NCBI GenBank assembly: GCA_041491005.1 | Contig: JBGPUE010000010.1 | Span: 178-64,177 of the forward strand | DNA: 64,000 nt | Direction: 5' to 3' | DNA from: Candidatus Binataceae bacterium | GTDB taxonomy: Bacteria; Desulfobacterota; Binatia; Binatales; Binataceae | Shown here: positions 18,503 to 28,145 of the stretch, piece after piece | Position numbering within the stretch: the stretch's first letter is position 1 | How the letters are laid out: each line of letters begins with the position of its first letter | The notes under the pieces: model-generated | Seen by the model: only the letters and a program-made list of their open reading frames with translations | Told to the model about the DNA's origin: nothing | The model's database searches: none | Program-made: the position numbers and the translations under genes

Positions 18503-19183
18503 ATGGCGGCGGCAGCATCGAGCACACCATCGCAGATCATCCGGATCAGCGAACGCCAATGGGAACAAATGTCACCCACGATCAAATTAAAGAGTCTGTG
18601 GTCCGATCCCGCAACCAAACGGCGCGCACAGTTAACTCGCTTCGAGCCCGGCGCGGTGTTGCCGATGCATCGTCACATCGGCGACGAACTGCTCTACGTA
18701 ATCGAGGGAGCAATTTCTGACGAGTCCGGGACCGTTCTTGCAGGCAGCGTGGGCTATCGACCCAACGGATGCGTGCATTCGGTAAGCAGCAAGACCGGCG
18801 CTACCGTGTTCGCGATCATCACCGGCGGCATCGAGCCGGCATCCGAAATCGGCAACGCGCCGCGCTCACAAACCCTCGTGCTGAGTGACATAGCGTGGGT
18901 CGACGCGATGGCGGGCGTACGTCAGAAGCCGATTTGGACCGATCGCGAGACGAAGCGGCGAGGCCTTTTGGTGCGCTTTGAACCTGGCGCCAGGCTTCCG
19001 CTTCATCGGCACGTCGGGGACGAACTGATCTTCGTCATCGAAGGCTCAAACGCGGACGAGTCCGGTGAGGTGATGACCGGTGACATGAACTACCGGCCCA
19101 ACGGATGCGTACATAGCGTTATGAGCAGGAATGGCGCGACGGCGCTGGCGCTAGTAACTGGCGGCGTCGAAATGCTCGAATGA
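18503..19183 (+). CDS. Tandem-cupin protein (two ChrR-like cupin_7 domains), no anti-sigma zinc domain
   Basis: Two colinear copies: ...RFEPGAVLPMHRHIGDELLYVIEGAISDESGTVLAGSVGYRPNGCVHSV... and ...RFEPGARLPLHRHVGDELIFVIEGSNADESGEVMTGDMNYRPNGCVHSV... Confidence 0.7.
   Translation: MAAAASSTPSQIIRISERQWEQMSPTIKLKSLWSDPATKRRAQLTRFEPGAVLPMHRHIGDELLYVIEGAISDESGTVLAGSVGYRPNGCVHSVSSKTGATVFAIITGGIEPASEIGNAPRSQTLVLSDIAWVDAMAGVRQKPIWTDRETKRRGLLVRFEPGARLPLHRHVGDELIFVIEGSNADESGEVMTGDMNYRPNGCVHSVMSRNGATALALVTGGVEMLE
18575..19133 (+). repeat. Intragenic tandem duplication (two ~260-bp cupin-coding units) within ORF 18503-19183
   Basis: The protein-level repeat (aa ~25-112 vs ~123-210) is about 55% identical. 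Confidence 0.55.
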
Positions 19184-19197
19184 GCCGATGGCATTGG

Positions 19198-19986
19198 TTA
19201 CGCGTTGCGGATCGTGAGACCTCCATCGACCGGAATGATCGCGCCCGTGAGGTAGGAAGCCGCCGGAAGACATAGGCTGAACGTGATGTGGGCGACCTCC
19301 TCCGGGTAACCGTAGCGCTTCAACGCGGTCCTGCGCTTGCCAAAAATCGTCTTGTGCTCTTCGGGAATCGCGTCAGTCAGTGCCGTCCGAATCGGTCCGG
19401 GGCAAATGCAATTGACCGTGATCCCTTCCGGGCCGAGGTCTACGGCCAATGCACGAGTGAGCCCGATCACCCCGGTCTTGGCAACCACGTAAGGACTGTC
19501 TCCAGGGGTAGCGCCGAGACCTTCGGTCGAGGCGATATTGACGATTCGCGCCGCGTCGGACTTTCTTAGATGTGGAAGCGCCGCCCGGACCAGCTGCTGC
19601 TGCGCCGTCAACAAGCCGGCGATCGTTCTGTCCCAGACTTGATCGTAGTCCTCCGCGTCGAGCGGACGAAAGCCGCCAAATCCGGCGTTGTTGATCAGGA
19701 TGTCGAGTCTGCCGAAGCGATCGGCGATTTCCGCGACGACGCGTTTGATCTCAGCGTGGTCCATCACGTCGAGGCGCCAAGCCTCCGCTCGCCCTCCTTC
19801 CGCTTTGATTTCCTCAACGACCCGCGCGACTCCCGGCTCGTTGATGTCAGTGGCCGCGACGAGCGCGCCTTCCTGAGCGAACACGTGAGCCGTGGCGCGT
19901 CCCATACCGCTCGCCGCGCCTGTAACCATTACTGCACGCCCTTTTACCGAGCGGTCTAGTTTCCTGATCGCGTCCATATCCGTCAT
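19198..19986 (-). CDS. Short-chain dehydrogenase/reductase (SDR)
   Basis: TGAASGMGRATA glycine-rich NAD(P) motif, NNAG, catalytic Y..K region (YVVAKTGVIGLTRA). Confidence 0.85.
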   Translation of the reverse strand: MTDMDAIRKLDRSVKGRAVMVTGAASGMGRATAHVFAQEGALVAATDINEPGVARVVEEIKAEGGRAEAWRLDVMDHAEIKRVVAEIADRFGRLDILINNAGFGGFRPLDAEDYDQVWDRTIAGLLTAQQQLVRAALPHLRKSDAARIVNIASTEGLGATPGDSPYVVAKTGVIGLTRALAVDLGPEGITVNCICPGPIRTALTDAIPEEHKTIFGKRRTALKRYGYPEEVAHITFSLCLPAASYLTGAIIPVDGGLTIRNA

Positions 19987-20102
19987 CTCCTCGTTCTGCT
20001 TGAAAAGCCATGGCGCAGAGAAACGCTCGCGTGCCGCAGACGCAGACCCATGCTATCGCGCTGCCGCCGCAGACACTCGACTACCGGTCGTAGAGCTTCT
20101 TC

Positions 20103-21128
20103 TCAACCCGGCTGGGGCCACACCAAGGGGACGCTGGTGGCCAGCCACTTCACAAGAGCCGCATTCACTTCGAGGGGCTTTTCCTGCGCCATCCAGTGGC
20201 TCGTGCGAAGCGTCTCTTCTGTGAGCTTGCGACAGTAGGTGCGCATGGGCTCCGCGAGTCGCGAATGCGTGCATTCGCACACATAGTCGTATTGAGCATT
20301 GAGGAATAAGACCGGCATGTCGAGGTAGCCATCATTGCGGGCTGCTTTTGCGTAGCCAGCATTCGCGGCGTGGTTCATATACCACGATGATGGACCAAAG
20401 AAACCGTTGCGTTCCAGCGCGGAGACATAAACGCTCAAGTCTTCCTCGCTGACAACGTCCTGGTCTCGCGGCAGATCGGGAATCTCGCCACCACCCAGCA
20501 TACCGTGACTGCGACGCGCCGTAGCCGTGATTGCGCGCTGCCCCTCGCCTTCTGGATTCCCCTTGCGGAAGATGAGTTTCATGAACCGGTAGACGTTAGC
20601 ATCCATCGGTGCGATGGCCTCGGCGAAACTCTCTTCGTAATAGCGCATGTAATCCCATTGGCCGGCGGGGAATTCCTTCTCGGGATAGAGATTCCGATCG
20701 ACCAAGGTGAGCGTATGGTCAAGACCACGCTCAATCGTGTAGTACGGAACACACAAGTTCGCGACCGAATTGCAGCGGTCGGGGTGATGACTGGCCATAT
20801 TCCACACGACCGGGCTACCCCAGTCATGTCCTACCCATACGGCTCTGTCTCTTCCGACGGAATCCAGCAACTCCAGCATGTCGCGCACAATATGTTCCTG
20901 TGCGTAGTCGCCGCGTTGACAATAGACGGAAGAACGCCCATAGCCGCGCATGTCGGGCGCGATGGCGCGAAAACCTAACGCAGCAAGGGCTGGAAGTTGA
21001 TGTCGCCAGCTAATGGACAGCTCGGGCCAGCCGTGGATGAAGACAATGAGCGGCCGATTTTCAGGTCCCGCAGCGAGATAGAAGGTAGTATGCCTAGCCG
21101 TTTTGGCCGTGTGCTCTGTGATTGACAC
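20103..21128 (-). CDS. Alpha/beta-hydrolase, epoxide-hydrolase-like
   Basis: VFIHGWPELSISWRHQLPALAALGFRAIAPDMRGYGRS (HGWP motif), nucleophile elbow GHDWGS. Confidence 0.8.
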   Translation of the reverse strand: MSITEHTAKTARHTTFYLAAGPENRPLIVFIHGWPELSISWRHQLPALAALGFRAIAPDMRGYGRSSVYCQRGDYAQEHIVRDMLELLDSVGRDRAVWVGHDWGSPVVWNMASHHPDRCNSVANLCVPYYTIERGLDHTLTLVDRNLYPEKEFPAGQWDYMRYYEESFAEAIAPMDANVYRFMKLIFRKGNPEGEGQRAITATARRSHGMLGGGEIPDLPRDQDVVSEEDLSVYVSALERNGFFGPSSWYMNHAANAGYAKAARNDGYLDMPVLFLNAQYDYVCECTHSRLAEPMRTYCRKLTEETLRTSHWMAQEKPLEVNAALVKWLATSVPLVWPQPG

Positions 21129-21353
21129 GCTGGTGGCTCCTCTTCATTGGCGATCGTAAGATGCGCCGAACGCTTGAGTTGAAATAGGCTTCACTATTTG
21201 GTGGCGCCACTTCTTGCGCGAGCCGACTGCGTCCCTGGAGGGTTCGTTGGACGCGTTTAGGACGCGGTGGTCGCGGCTTCGATTGTGGATTTCGACAACG
21301 CACTCATCGGATAAATCAGGTATACTTCGCCCGGTGTCTTTGACGCAAAGCAT

Positions 21354-21848
21354 GTGACACCGATCGCGACAGCACAGGGTGATGCCATGGGGGAGCGGGG
21401 TATTTCGGGTAATCTCGGGTTTTGTTGGCTCGCTATAATGATGGTTCTGTTGGTTCAGGGTCGAGCGGCGGCTCAGTGGACCGGCCGCGACGGTTGGGTC
21501 GAAGAGCCCGCTGCCAAATCGCTCAACGTGGAAGGAGACCCGGGTCATGCGTACCTGGACCCCGCGTCCGTCCGCCGCGGCGATGACGGACTGGTATATT
21601 TCAACGAAAGCTCCAACGTGTCCCGACCGGGGGAAATAGGCAACGTGGGTTTAATGAAGGATGCCTACGATTGTGCGAAGAACATCAAGTACATGTGCGT
21701 AGGGGTTGGGGATTGGCGCAACGATCTGAAGAGCACGATCAACGCCGCCAATGACCCCGCTTTGCCAGTTTACCGCAAGTACCTGTGCGGCGACGCGAAA
21801 CCCGGCGAGGACAGCCCGAGCTACCTCCGGGAGCATCAACAGCCGTAG
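21354..21848 (+). CDS. Hypothetical secreted protein (signal peptide, 4 Cys)
   Basis: Hydrophobic N-terminal segment GFCWLAIMMVLLVQGRAAAQ. No recognisable domain. The start codon is ambiguous. Confidence 0.4.
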   Translation: MTPIATAQGDAMGERGISGNLGFCWLAIMMVLLVQGRAAAQWTGRDGWVEEPAAKSLNVEGDPGHAYLDPASVRRGDDGLVYFNESSNVSRPGEIGNVGLMKDAYDCAKNIKYMCVGVGDWRNDLKSTINAANDPALPVYRKYLCGDAKPGEDSPSYLREHQQP

Positions 21849-21989
21849 GGCCAGATCAGCCGACGGGTATGTATGCGGCTGCGGCACTTGAAGTGTAACG
21901 CGCAACACTTCGCAGCATCCGTCACCTCAGACCTTTACGCCGGCAGTTTGGTGATGCAAAGCTCTCGCAATCAGAAATGAGGAGGGTCC

Positions 21990-22994
21990 ATGGCGTCTAA
22001 AGAGACTTGGCTCGCGCAGGTGCGGGAGGAAATCATCGAGCCGGATCTTCCGATCATCGATCCGCACCATCATCTTTGGGATCATCCCGATGACCGCTAC
22101 ACGCTCGATGAGCTAAGGGCGGATACCAGTAGCGGCCACAACGTCCGTGCGACCGTCTTCGTCGAGTGCATGTCGATGTATCGCGCTGATGGCTCCGCGC
22201 CGCTGAAGCCCGTCGGCGAAACGGAATTCGTCAATGGCATCGCCGCGCAGAGCGCAAGCGGCAACTATGGCGAGATGCGCGCGGCGGCGGGCATCGTGAG
22301 CTTCGCCGATCTGACGCTGGGGACTGCCGTCGACGAGGTGCTCGAAGCGCATCGGTCGGCAGCGCCCGCCCGCTTCCGCGGTATTCGCCACGCGTCGGCC
22401 TTCGATCCGAATCAAGACATCCGCCGATCGCACACTAACCCTCCGCCGGGCCTGCTGGGTCTGCCAAAGTTCCGCGAAGGCTTCGCCCGGCTCGGCTCGT
22501 ACGGGCTCAGCTTCGATGCCTGGCTCTACCATCACCAGATTCCGGAGCTCACCGCACTTGCCCGTGCAAACCCTGAGGTCACGATCATCCTCGACCACTT
22601 CGGGGGGCCTTTGGGCATCGGCCCTTATCAGGGCAAGCGCGGCGAGATCTTCGCACAATGGAAGCTCGACATCACCGAGCTCGCGCGCTGCCGGAATGTC
22701 GTCGCCAAGCTCGGGGGAATCAATATGCCAGTTAGCGGCTTCGCGTGGCACAAGCGCGCGCTGCCGCCCAGCTCCAACGAGCTCGTCGCCGCGACGCGAG
22801 ATTACTATCTGCATGCGATCGATTGCTTCGGGACGGATCGCTGCATGTTCGAGAGCAATTTTCCGGTCGACAAGCTGTCCTGCTCCTACCCAGTGCTATG
22901 GAACGCCTTCAAAAAAATCGCACAGAACTTCAGCTCGAGCGAAAAAGCGTCTCTCTTCCACGAGACCGCAGCGAGGGTCTATCGGCTGCGCTGA
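21990..22994 (+). CDS. Amidohydrolase-2 family metal-dependent hydrolase (TIM barrel)
   Basis: PIIDPHHHLWD metal-binding HxH motif near the N-terminus; ~330 aa. Confidence 0.8.
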   Translation: MASKETWLAQVREEIIEPDLPIIDPHHHLWDHPDDRYTLDELRADTSSGHNVRATVFVECMSMYRADGSAPLKPVGETEFVNGIAAQSASGNYGEMRAAAGIVSFADLTLGTAVDEVLEAHRSAAPARFRGIRHASAFDPNQDIRRSHTNPPPGLLGLPKFREGFARLGSYGLSFDAWLYHHQIPELTALARANPEVTIILDHFGGPLGIGPYQGKRGEIFAQWKLDITELARCRNVVAKLGGINMPVSGFAWHKRALPPSSNELVAATRDYYLHAIDCFGTDRCMFESNFPVDKLSCSYPVLWNAFKKIAQNFSSSEKASLFHETAARVYRLR

Positions 22995-23048
22995 ACGGAG
23001 GTGCTGCTTGCGCCGATTCGCAGCACCTCCACTCAACTCGATCATTCC

Positions 23049-23891
23049 TCAGCCCTCGAACGACGGCCCCATGAAGCGAGTTGGCGCAATTGCCTGCGGA
23101 ACGGCGCGGTCTTCAGGGCGCGTGAACGAAGCGCCAACGGTCAACCCGCCATCAACGACGATCGCCTGACCGGTCACGAACTCAGAGTCGTCGCTTGCCA
23201 GGAACAGCGCCGTAGCGGCGATGTCCTCGGGATGCCCGGCGCGCGGAATCGGCTGGCCCTTCGCCAGCCATTCTTCCATCGCTTCCTTCACGCCCGGTTG
23301 GTTGCGATGCAGAATCGGCGTGTTGATTCCGCCTGGGCAGATGCAGTTAACGCGGATCTTGTCCTTGGCGAACTCCAGCGACGCCGACCGCGTGAGGTTC
23401 ACCACGCCAGCCTTTGCGGCGCAGTAAGCGTGCAGGCCTGCGAATCCCCGGATTCCCGCGATCGAAGCTGTTGAAATGATCGATCCGCCGCCTACCTTTC
23501 TCATCTCGGGCACCGAATGCTTGATTCCCAAGAACACGCCGCGTAGCAGGACTGCCTGGCTCCGGTCCCAGTCTTCGACCGAGATTTGCTCCAGCGGCCC
23601 GACCGCGCCACCGATTCCGGCGTTGTTGTAGATGATATCGAGGCGGCCGAATTCCTTGATCGCTCGCGCGACCATCGCCTTGATTTCGGTCTCGGCCGAG
23701 ACGTCGGTTTTCTGGAACACCGCGCGCCCGCCGTTTTCCTTGCACTCGCGGACCGTTCCCTCGCCCCCGTCCTGGTTCAGGTCAGCGATCACTATCGCGG
23801 CGCCTTCGCCAGCGAACCGAATCGCTGTGGCACGCCCCATCCCACTCGCCGCGCCGGTGATCACGGCCACTTTTCCATCGAGTCTGCCCAT
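23049..23891 (-). CDS. Short-chain dehydrogenase/reductase (SDR), paralog of 19198-19986
   Basis: ITGAASGMGRATA, NNAG, YCAAKAGVVNLTRS. Confidence 0.85.
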   Translation of the reverse strand: MGRLDGKVAVITGAASGMGRATAIRFAGEGAAIVIADLNQDGGEGTVRECKENGGRAVFQKTDVSAETEIKAMVARAIKEFGRLDIIYNNAGIGGAVGPLEQISVEDWDRSQAVLLRGVFLGIKHSVPEMRKVGGGSIISTASIAGIRGFAGLHAYCAAKAGVVNLTRSASLEFAKDKIRVNCICPGGINTPILHRNQPGVKEAMEEWLAKGQPIPRAGHPEDIAATALFLASDDSEFVTGQAIVVDGGLTVGASFTRPEDRAVPQAIAPTRFMGPSFEG

Positions 23892-24183
23892 TGCACTTTT
23901 CCTCTGCTTTGGAAGGTTGGATTGTTACGCGATGTCTTAACTAGCAGGCGATGAGGCGAACCGGTTAGCGCCGCGAGCTCTAGGTCTGCTAGTCGCCGCG
24001 CCCGATCTCCCCAATCATTGATTGAAACAGCGGGCGACCCAAAGAACGGAGCGAGTTCCCGGAAAGCGACCGTCGATGGAGGGTCGCGGTTGTGATAGCG
24101 TCGCGCAACACCATGCCCAGGCGCAATCCTGACGGAACGTTTCGGAATCGCCTCCTCTAACGAAACAAGAAACGAGGACAATC

Positions 24184-24636
24184 ATGAAAACAACAGATGA
24201 ACTGGTAATCGAGCTTGCTGATCGCGAAGCGATTCGTGAACTGCCCGTGCGCTATTGCGATTGTGTTTGGCAAAACGATCTCAAGACGATGGTCGAGCTT
24301 TTCGCCGAGGATGGGACATTTGTCGTAAAGGGACGTGAGCGAGAGGCGACGACCAAAGGACGCGCCGAACTTCGCAAGATGTACGAGCGGGCACTCGGTG
24401 AAGTGTCGCCGCGCCCTTATATCCACAACCATGTTGTGAATCTGCAGAGCAAAACCAAGGCGACTGGCAGATGCTACGTGGAACTGCGCAGCGCTGCGCG
24501 TGAGATGGAATGGATTGGAACTGGCTATTACGACGACGAGTACGTGAAAGTCGGTGATCAGTGGAAGTTCGCGACGCGACGCTTTACTAGTATCAGGATC
24601 CCGACCCCGCCTGCCAAAAGCGCAAGCAAATCGTAG
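24184..24636 (+). CDS. NTF2-like / SnoaL-like small protein
   Basis: ~150 aa with an alpha+beta cone-like pattern (DREAIRELPVRYCDCVWQND...DGTFVV...YVKVGDQWKF), the same family as 47859-48332. Confidence 0.6.
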   Translation: MKTTDELVIELADREAIRELPVRYCDCVWQNDLKTMVELFAEDGTFVVKGREREATTKGRAELRKMYERALGEVSPRPYIHNHVVNLQSKTKATGRCYVELRSAAREMEWIGTGYYDDEYVKVGDQWKFATRRFTSIRIPTPPAKSASKS

Positions 24637-24836
24637 CTCAGAGACGGACGTCTTTGTACCGGCTCGGGCGCGAATTCCAAGATTTGGTTCAGCGAAGTCT
24701 CATGAGGTCTGGCCTTTGAGCTGGCTCATAGTTCACGATCGTCGCTATCGACTTGTTTCGGCGCTAACCTGTATAAGGCGCATAGCCCGGCTGGCTGCCG
24801 CCATTCGACCCGGCGGCGGAATTGGCCAAGGGAGCG

Positions 24837-25658
24837 GTGAACTTGATTTTGAAAGATTCTGTCTATCGCGAAAAGCTCTATCGCGCATATCTCGATTTCT
24901 TCAAATCGGCCGAGACCAAACGGCGATGGAATGTCTTCGATGACGTTCCATGGGACCGGCTCGACCCTTCCAGGGCAAGCGAACAGACCCTGCAGGGAGT
25001 GGAACACGCCTGTGCCGAGGAGCTCTATCTCCCGGACTATGGTTCCAAAGTGATGCATCTTTTGCGCTCTTCATTCGGTGAGGCCTGGTTCTGGGCCAAT
25101 TGGTGCTACGAAGAATCCAAGCATGGCCTCGCCTTGCGCGAATACATGGTTCGTTCGGGTTATCGTTCAAGTGAAGGGATGGCTGAATTCGAGGACGTCC
25201 TCTCATCGGTTCAATGGGAACTGCCCTTCACAAAAATCCGCCAGATGACCTGCTACGGCGCGCTCCAGGAAGCCGCGACCTATCTCGGCTACAAAATCCT
25301 CCGAGACCGGGTAATCGCAGCCGACGACCAGCTGCTTGAAGCGATCTTCTCCTTCATCGGCCGCGACGAAGCCGCTCACGCCGGTTTCTACCGAACGCTC
25401 ATGGCGATCGATATGGAACAGGATCGCGAAGGAACCATGGCCGATATGGCGTTCGTCATCCCGCGGTTCAAGATGCCGGGTGATGGCCTCATCCCGGGCT
25501 ACAGCGAAAGGCTCGTTGCCTCTGGCCTGGCGCATGACACCCGCTGGTATGTTGAGAAGGTCGTCATGCCGACCCTCAAATCCGCGGGTACGAGCTGGGA
25601 GGAATTGAGGGCTCACTCTCGCAAGCGGCTGTCCGACCGCACCGTCGCGCGCGCCTGA
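24837..25658 (+). CDS. Soluble di-iron acyl-ACP desaturase-like (ferritin-like) protein
   Basis: Two E-x-x-H iron ligand motifs (EESKHG and DEAAHAGFY), the same layout as the acyl-ACP desaturase (FA_desaturase_2) family. GTG start at 24837 with SD AAGGGAG is preferred over TTG at 24822. Confidence 0.65.
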   Translation: MNLILKDSVYREKLYRAYLDFFKSAETKRRWNVFDDVPWDRLDPSRASEQTLQGVEHACAEELYLPDYGSKVMHLLRSSFGEAWFWANWCYEESKHGLALREYMVRSGYRSSEGMAEFEDVLSSVQWELPFTKIRQMTCYGALQEAATYLGYKILRDRVIAADDQLLEAIFSFIGRDEAAHAGFYRTLMAIDMEQDREGTMADMAFVIPRFKMPGDGLIPGYSERLVASGLAHDTRWYVEKVVMPTLKSAGTSWEELRAHSRKRLSDRTVARA

Positions 25659-25791
25659 CCCTCTGGTAGCATTCCGAGCGTCGCAGAATTCAAGGCAGAG
25701 ACCTCCAAACAGTCAGCACCGAGACTCTTCCAGCGTTGAAGCAACGACGATTTTGCGCTTGAACGGGGGCTACGCTACGCTTTGTGCTGCC

Positions 25792-26139
25792 ATGAAGAAG
25801 GTACTGATGGTCTGCACAGGAAACTTGGATAGGAGTCCGACTGCCGCGGTGGTGCTGGCGCAAATGCGCGTCCCGATGTGGGTGACCTCGGCCGGCACTG
25901 AGCCTTGGGCGCACAATCAGCTCACCCTCGAACTGGTCGAAGAGGCAGACGTGATTTGCGTGATGGAGGAGGCCCATCGGCGCTTCATCCGCGACCGGTT
26001 CGGCGATTCTCATGAGGCCAAGGTCGTCGTGCTCGACATTTCCGACAACTACATCAGCGGCGAGGATGCGCTCATACATCTGCTTCGCCCGAAATTGCTT
26101 GCCGCGCTGGGCTTGTCGGGTACGCGCCAGAACCCCTAA
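25792..26139 (+). CDS. Low-molecular-weight phosphotyrosine-protein phosphatase / arsenate-reductase-type phosphatase
   Basis: P-loop VLMVCTGNLDRSP (C-X5-R) at the N-terminus; ~115 aa. Confidence 0.6.
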   Translation: MKKVLMVCTGNLDRSPTAAVVLAQMRVPMWVTSAGTEPWAHNQLTLELVEEADVICVMEEAHRRFIRDRFGDSHEAKVVVLDISDNYISGEDALIHLLRPKLLAALGLSGTRQNP

Positions 26140-26273
26140 TAGGGCTGAAATCGCCGCTCTCCGGACCGAGACGCACGGCACAATCGAGCGAACCGGAGCT
26201 AGCTGCGATGTGATTGTGCGCGCCTGAGCGACAGGCCTTGGCAAAGAACGATACTGCGAGAGGACAATGAGCC

Positions 26274-27245
26274 ATGGAAAAGAGGAAACTTGGCAGCCAA
26301 GGACTGGAAGTGTCGGAACTGGGCCTTGGATGCATGGGGATGTCGCAATTCTACGGTCCACGTGACGACAAGGAATCGCGTGCGACGATCGAACGGGCGG
26401 TCGAGCTCGGTATCAATTTCTTCGACACCGCGGACGTTTACGGCGCCGGTCACAATGAAGAGCTGGTCGGCGAAGCGCTGAAAAAACACCGCGCCAAGGT
26501 GATCATCGCGACCAAGTTCGGGAATCAGGTCCTCCCCGACGGCAAACGCGCGATCAACGGCAAGCCGGATTACGTGCGCTCCGCCTGCGAAGGATCGCTG
26601 AAGCGGCTCGGCGCCGATTACATCGATCTTTATTACCAACATCGGGTGGACAAGAAAGTGCCGATCGAGGAGACCGTTGGCGCGATGGCGGAGCTTGTGC
26701 GCCAGGGAAAGGTCCGCTACCTGGGCCTGTCGGAGGCGGGGGCGAAAACGATTCGCCGGGCCCACATGACGCATCCGATTACCGCGCTTCAGTCGGAATA
26801 CTCGCTGTGGACGCGCGACTACGAGGACGAGGTGATTCCGACCCTTCGCGAACTCGGGATCGGATTCGTTCCGTTCAGCCCGCTGGGGCGCGGGTTCCTG
26901 AGTGGAAATATACGCGACCTGCCCGCTGACGATATGCGAGTACGCATTTCGCCGCGCTTCGAGCGCGAGAATATGGAACGGAATCTCAAGGTCGTCGATC
27001 GCATCAAGGAAATTGCGAACGAGAAGGGAATCACCCCAAGCCAACTCGCGCTCGCCTGGGTGCTTTCACAAGGAAGGGACCTGGTCCCGATTCCCGGCAC
27101 CAAGCGTCGCCGCTATCTGGAAGAGAATGCTGCGGCGACCAGGATCGAGCTATCGAAGAGCGACCTGGCGCGAATCGAGGAAGTCGCGCCGAAGGGCTTC
27201 GCAGCCGGAGGACGTTACCATGATATGAGCACCGTGAACGTTTGA
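26274..27245 (+). CDS. Aldo/keto reductase
   Basis: [24 protein letters not shown], later [13 protein letters not shown] and LGLSEA. Confidence 0.9.
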   Translation: MEKRKLGSQGLEVSELGLGCMGMSQFYGPRDDKESRATIERAVELGINFFDTADVYGAGHNEELVGEALKKHRAKVIIATKFGNQVLPDGKRAINGKPDYVRSACEGSLKRLGADYIDLYYQHRVDKKVPIEETVGAMAELVRQGKVRYLGLSEAGAKTIRRAHMTHPITALQSEYSLWTRDYEDEVIPTLRELGIGFVPFSPLGRGFLSGNIRDLPADDMRVRISPRFERENMERNLKVVDRIKEIANEKGITPSQLALAWVLSQGRDLVPIPGTKRRRYLEENAAATRIELSKSDLARIEEVAPKGFAAGGRYHDMSTVNV

Positions 27246-27354
27246 GCCTGGTGAAGCTGAACCCTTCCAGCGGAAGGCCCGCCGGCCCGCAACGATTCGG
27301 CTGCGTACGCCTTCTGAGCACCCGCACGGATCGCTGGCGGGATAAAAGTGCCGG

Positions 27355-27999
27355 TCAGGTCGGCGGTGGAAAACATGGCAGCGTGTGGGTCAACGCATAC
27401 TGATACACGCGGCCACTCCAGTTGAAGGTTCCGACTGCTGTACCAAAATTGGTAGTCAAGGCGGCGATGCGCTCTTGCTCGGCCAGAGACTCAGATTTCG
27501 CCGGCGCATATGCCAGGTAGTCGATTTCCGTGCCGGAGAGTGCGCCGTCAAGCGGCGGTGCGAAATTCATCTGCAAAAAATTCACCGCCGGACGCCAGCC
27601 ATCAGCGGCCGTGTCACTGTCGACTACCGTCATCCAGCGCCCATCGTCGAGCGAACCGCCCAGGCTAAGTTCACGGTATTCCGGGACCCCGGCGGCATTC
27701 TTGTGCAGTTCAATCACACCCGGAACCTCGACTTGGAGCTGTTCGCAGCGATCCCGGCGATCCCCCTCGTCTTCACCGGGGCGGAGGTCTTCGTGCGGAG
27801 GCGCGGAGCCGTGATGCGCGAGCATGACCGCCCCCTCGACCGTACGGACGACAGCACTCAAGGCGACTGGCGCGAGTTGGATTGCAGCGTACCAGCATCC
27901 GCTCAGGCCGATCATTGCCGCCCCCGCGAGAAGCACGAGGAGTATCGTAGAACGATTTGACTTCAGACGCTCGATACCGCCTCCAACCTGCTCCGCCAC
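27355..27999 (-). CDS. Hypothetical lipoprotein (signal peptide + LSGC lipobox)
   Basis: N-terminus KSNRSTILLVLLAGAAMIGLSGC; no other recognisable domain. Confidence 0.4.
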   Translation of the reverse strand: MAEQVGGGIERLKSNRSTILLVLLAGAAMIGLSGCWYAAIQLAPVALSAVVRTVEGAVMLAHHGSAPPHEDLRPGEDEGDRRDRCEQLQVEVPGVIELHKNAAGVPEYRELSLGGSLDDGRWMTVVDSDTAADGWRPAVNFLQMNFAPPLDGALSGTEIDYLAYAPAKSESLAEQERIAALTTNFGTAVGTFNWSGRVYQYALTHTLPCFPPPT

Positions 28000-28145
28000 A
28001 CAACCACTTTCGCGGCTATCCGCCAGCCTAGCACGCGCGCGAACGCCAAACTGCTGCGAAACGAACGAGCAGCACAGCCGCTATCGACGGAAAAGATTCC
28101 CTCGGCTATCTGAAATGAAGTAGAGAAACTTGGGAGATTAGTAGT

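Noticed and set aside
25690-27044. Minus-strand ORFs 25690-26361 (223 aa) and 26199-27044 (281 aa) opposite the LMW-PTP and aldo/keto reductase genes
   Set aside because: Junk-like composition; the plus-strand genes have clear family signatures.
28000-28145. Possible Mg2+-sensing leader (M-box riboswitch or mgtL-type proline-rich leader peptide) upstream of mgtA
   Set aside because: Only ~145 bp of leader. No recognisable M-box core or proline-codon-rich small ORF by eye. Cannot be excluded without a covariance-model search (Rfam RF00380).
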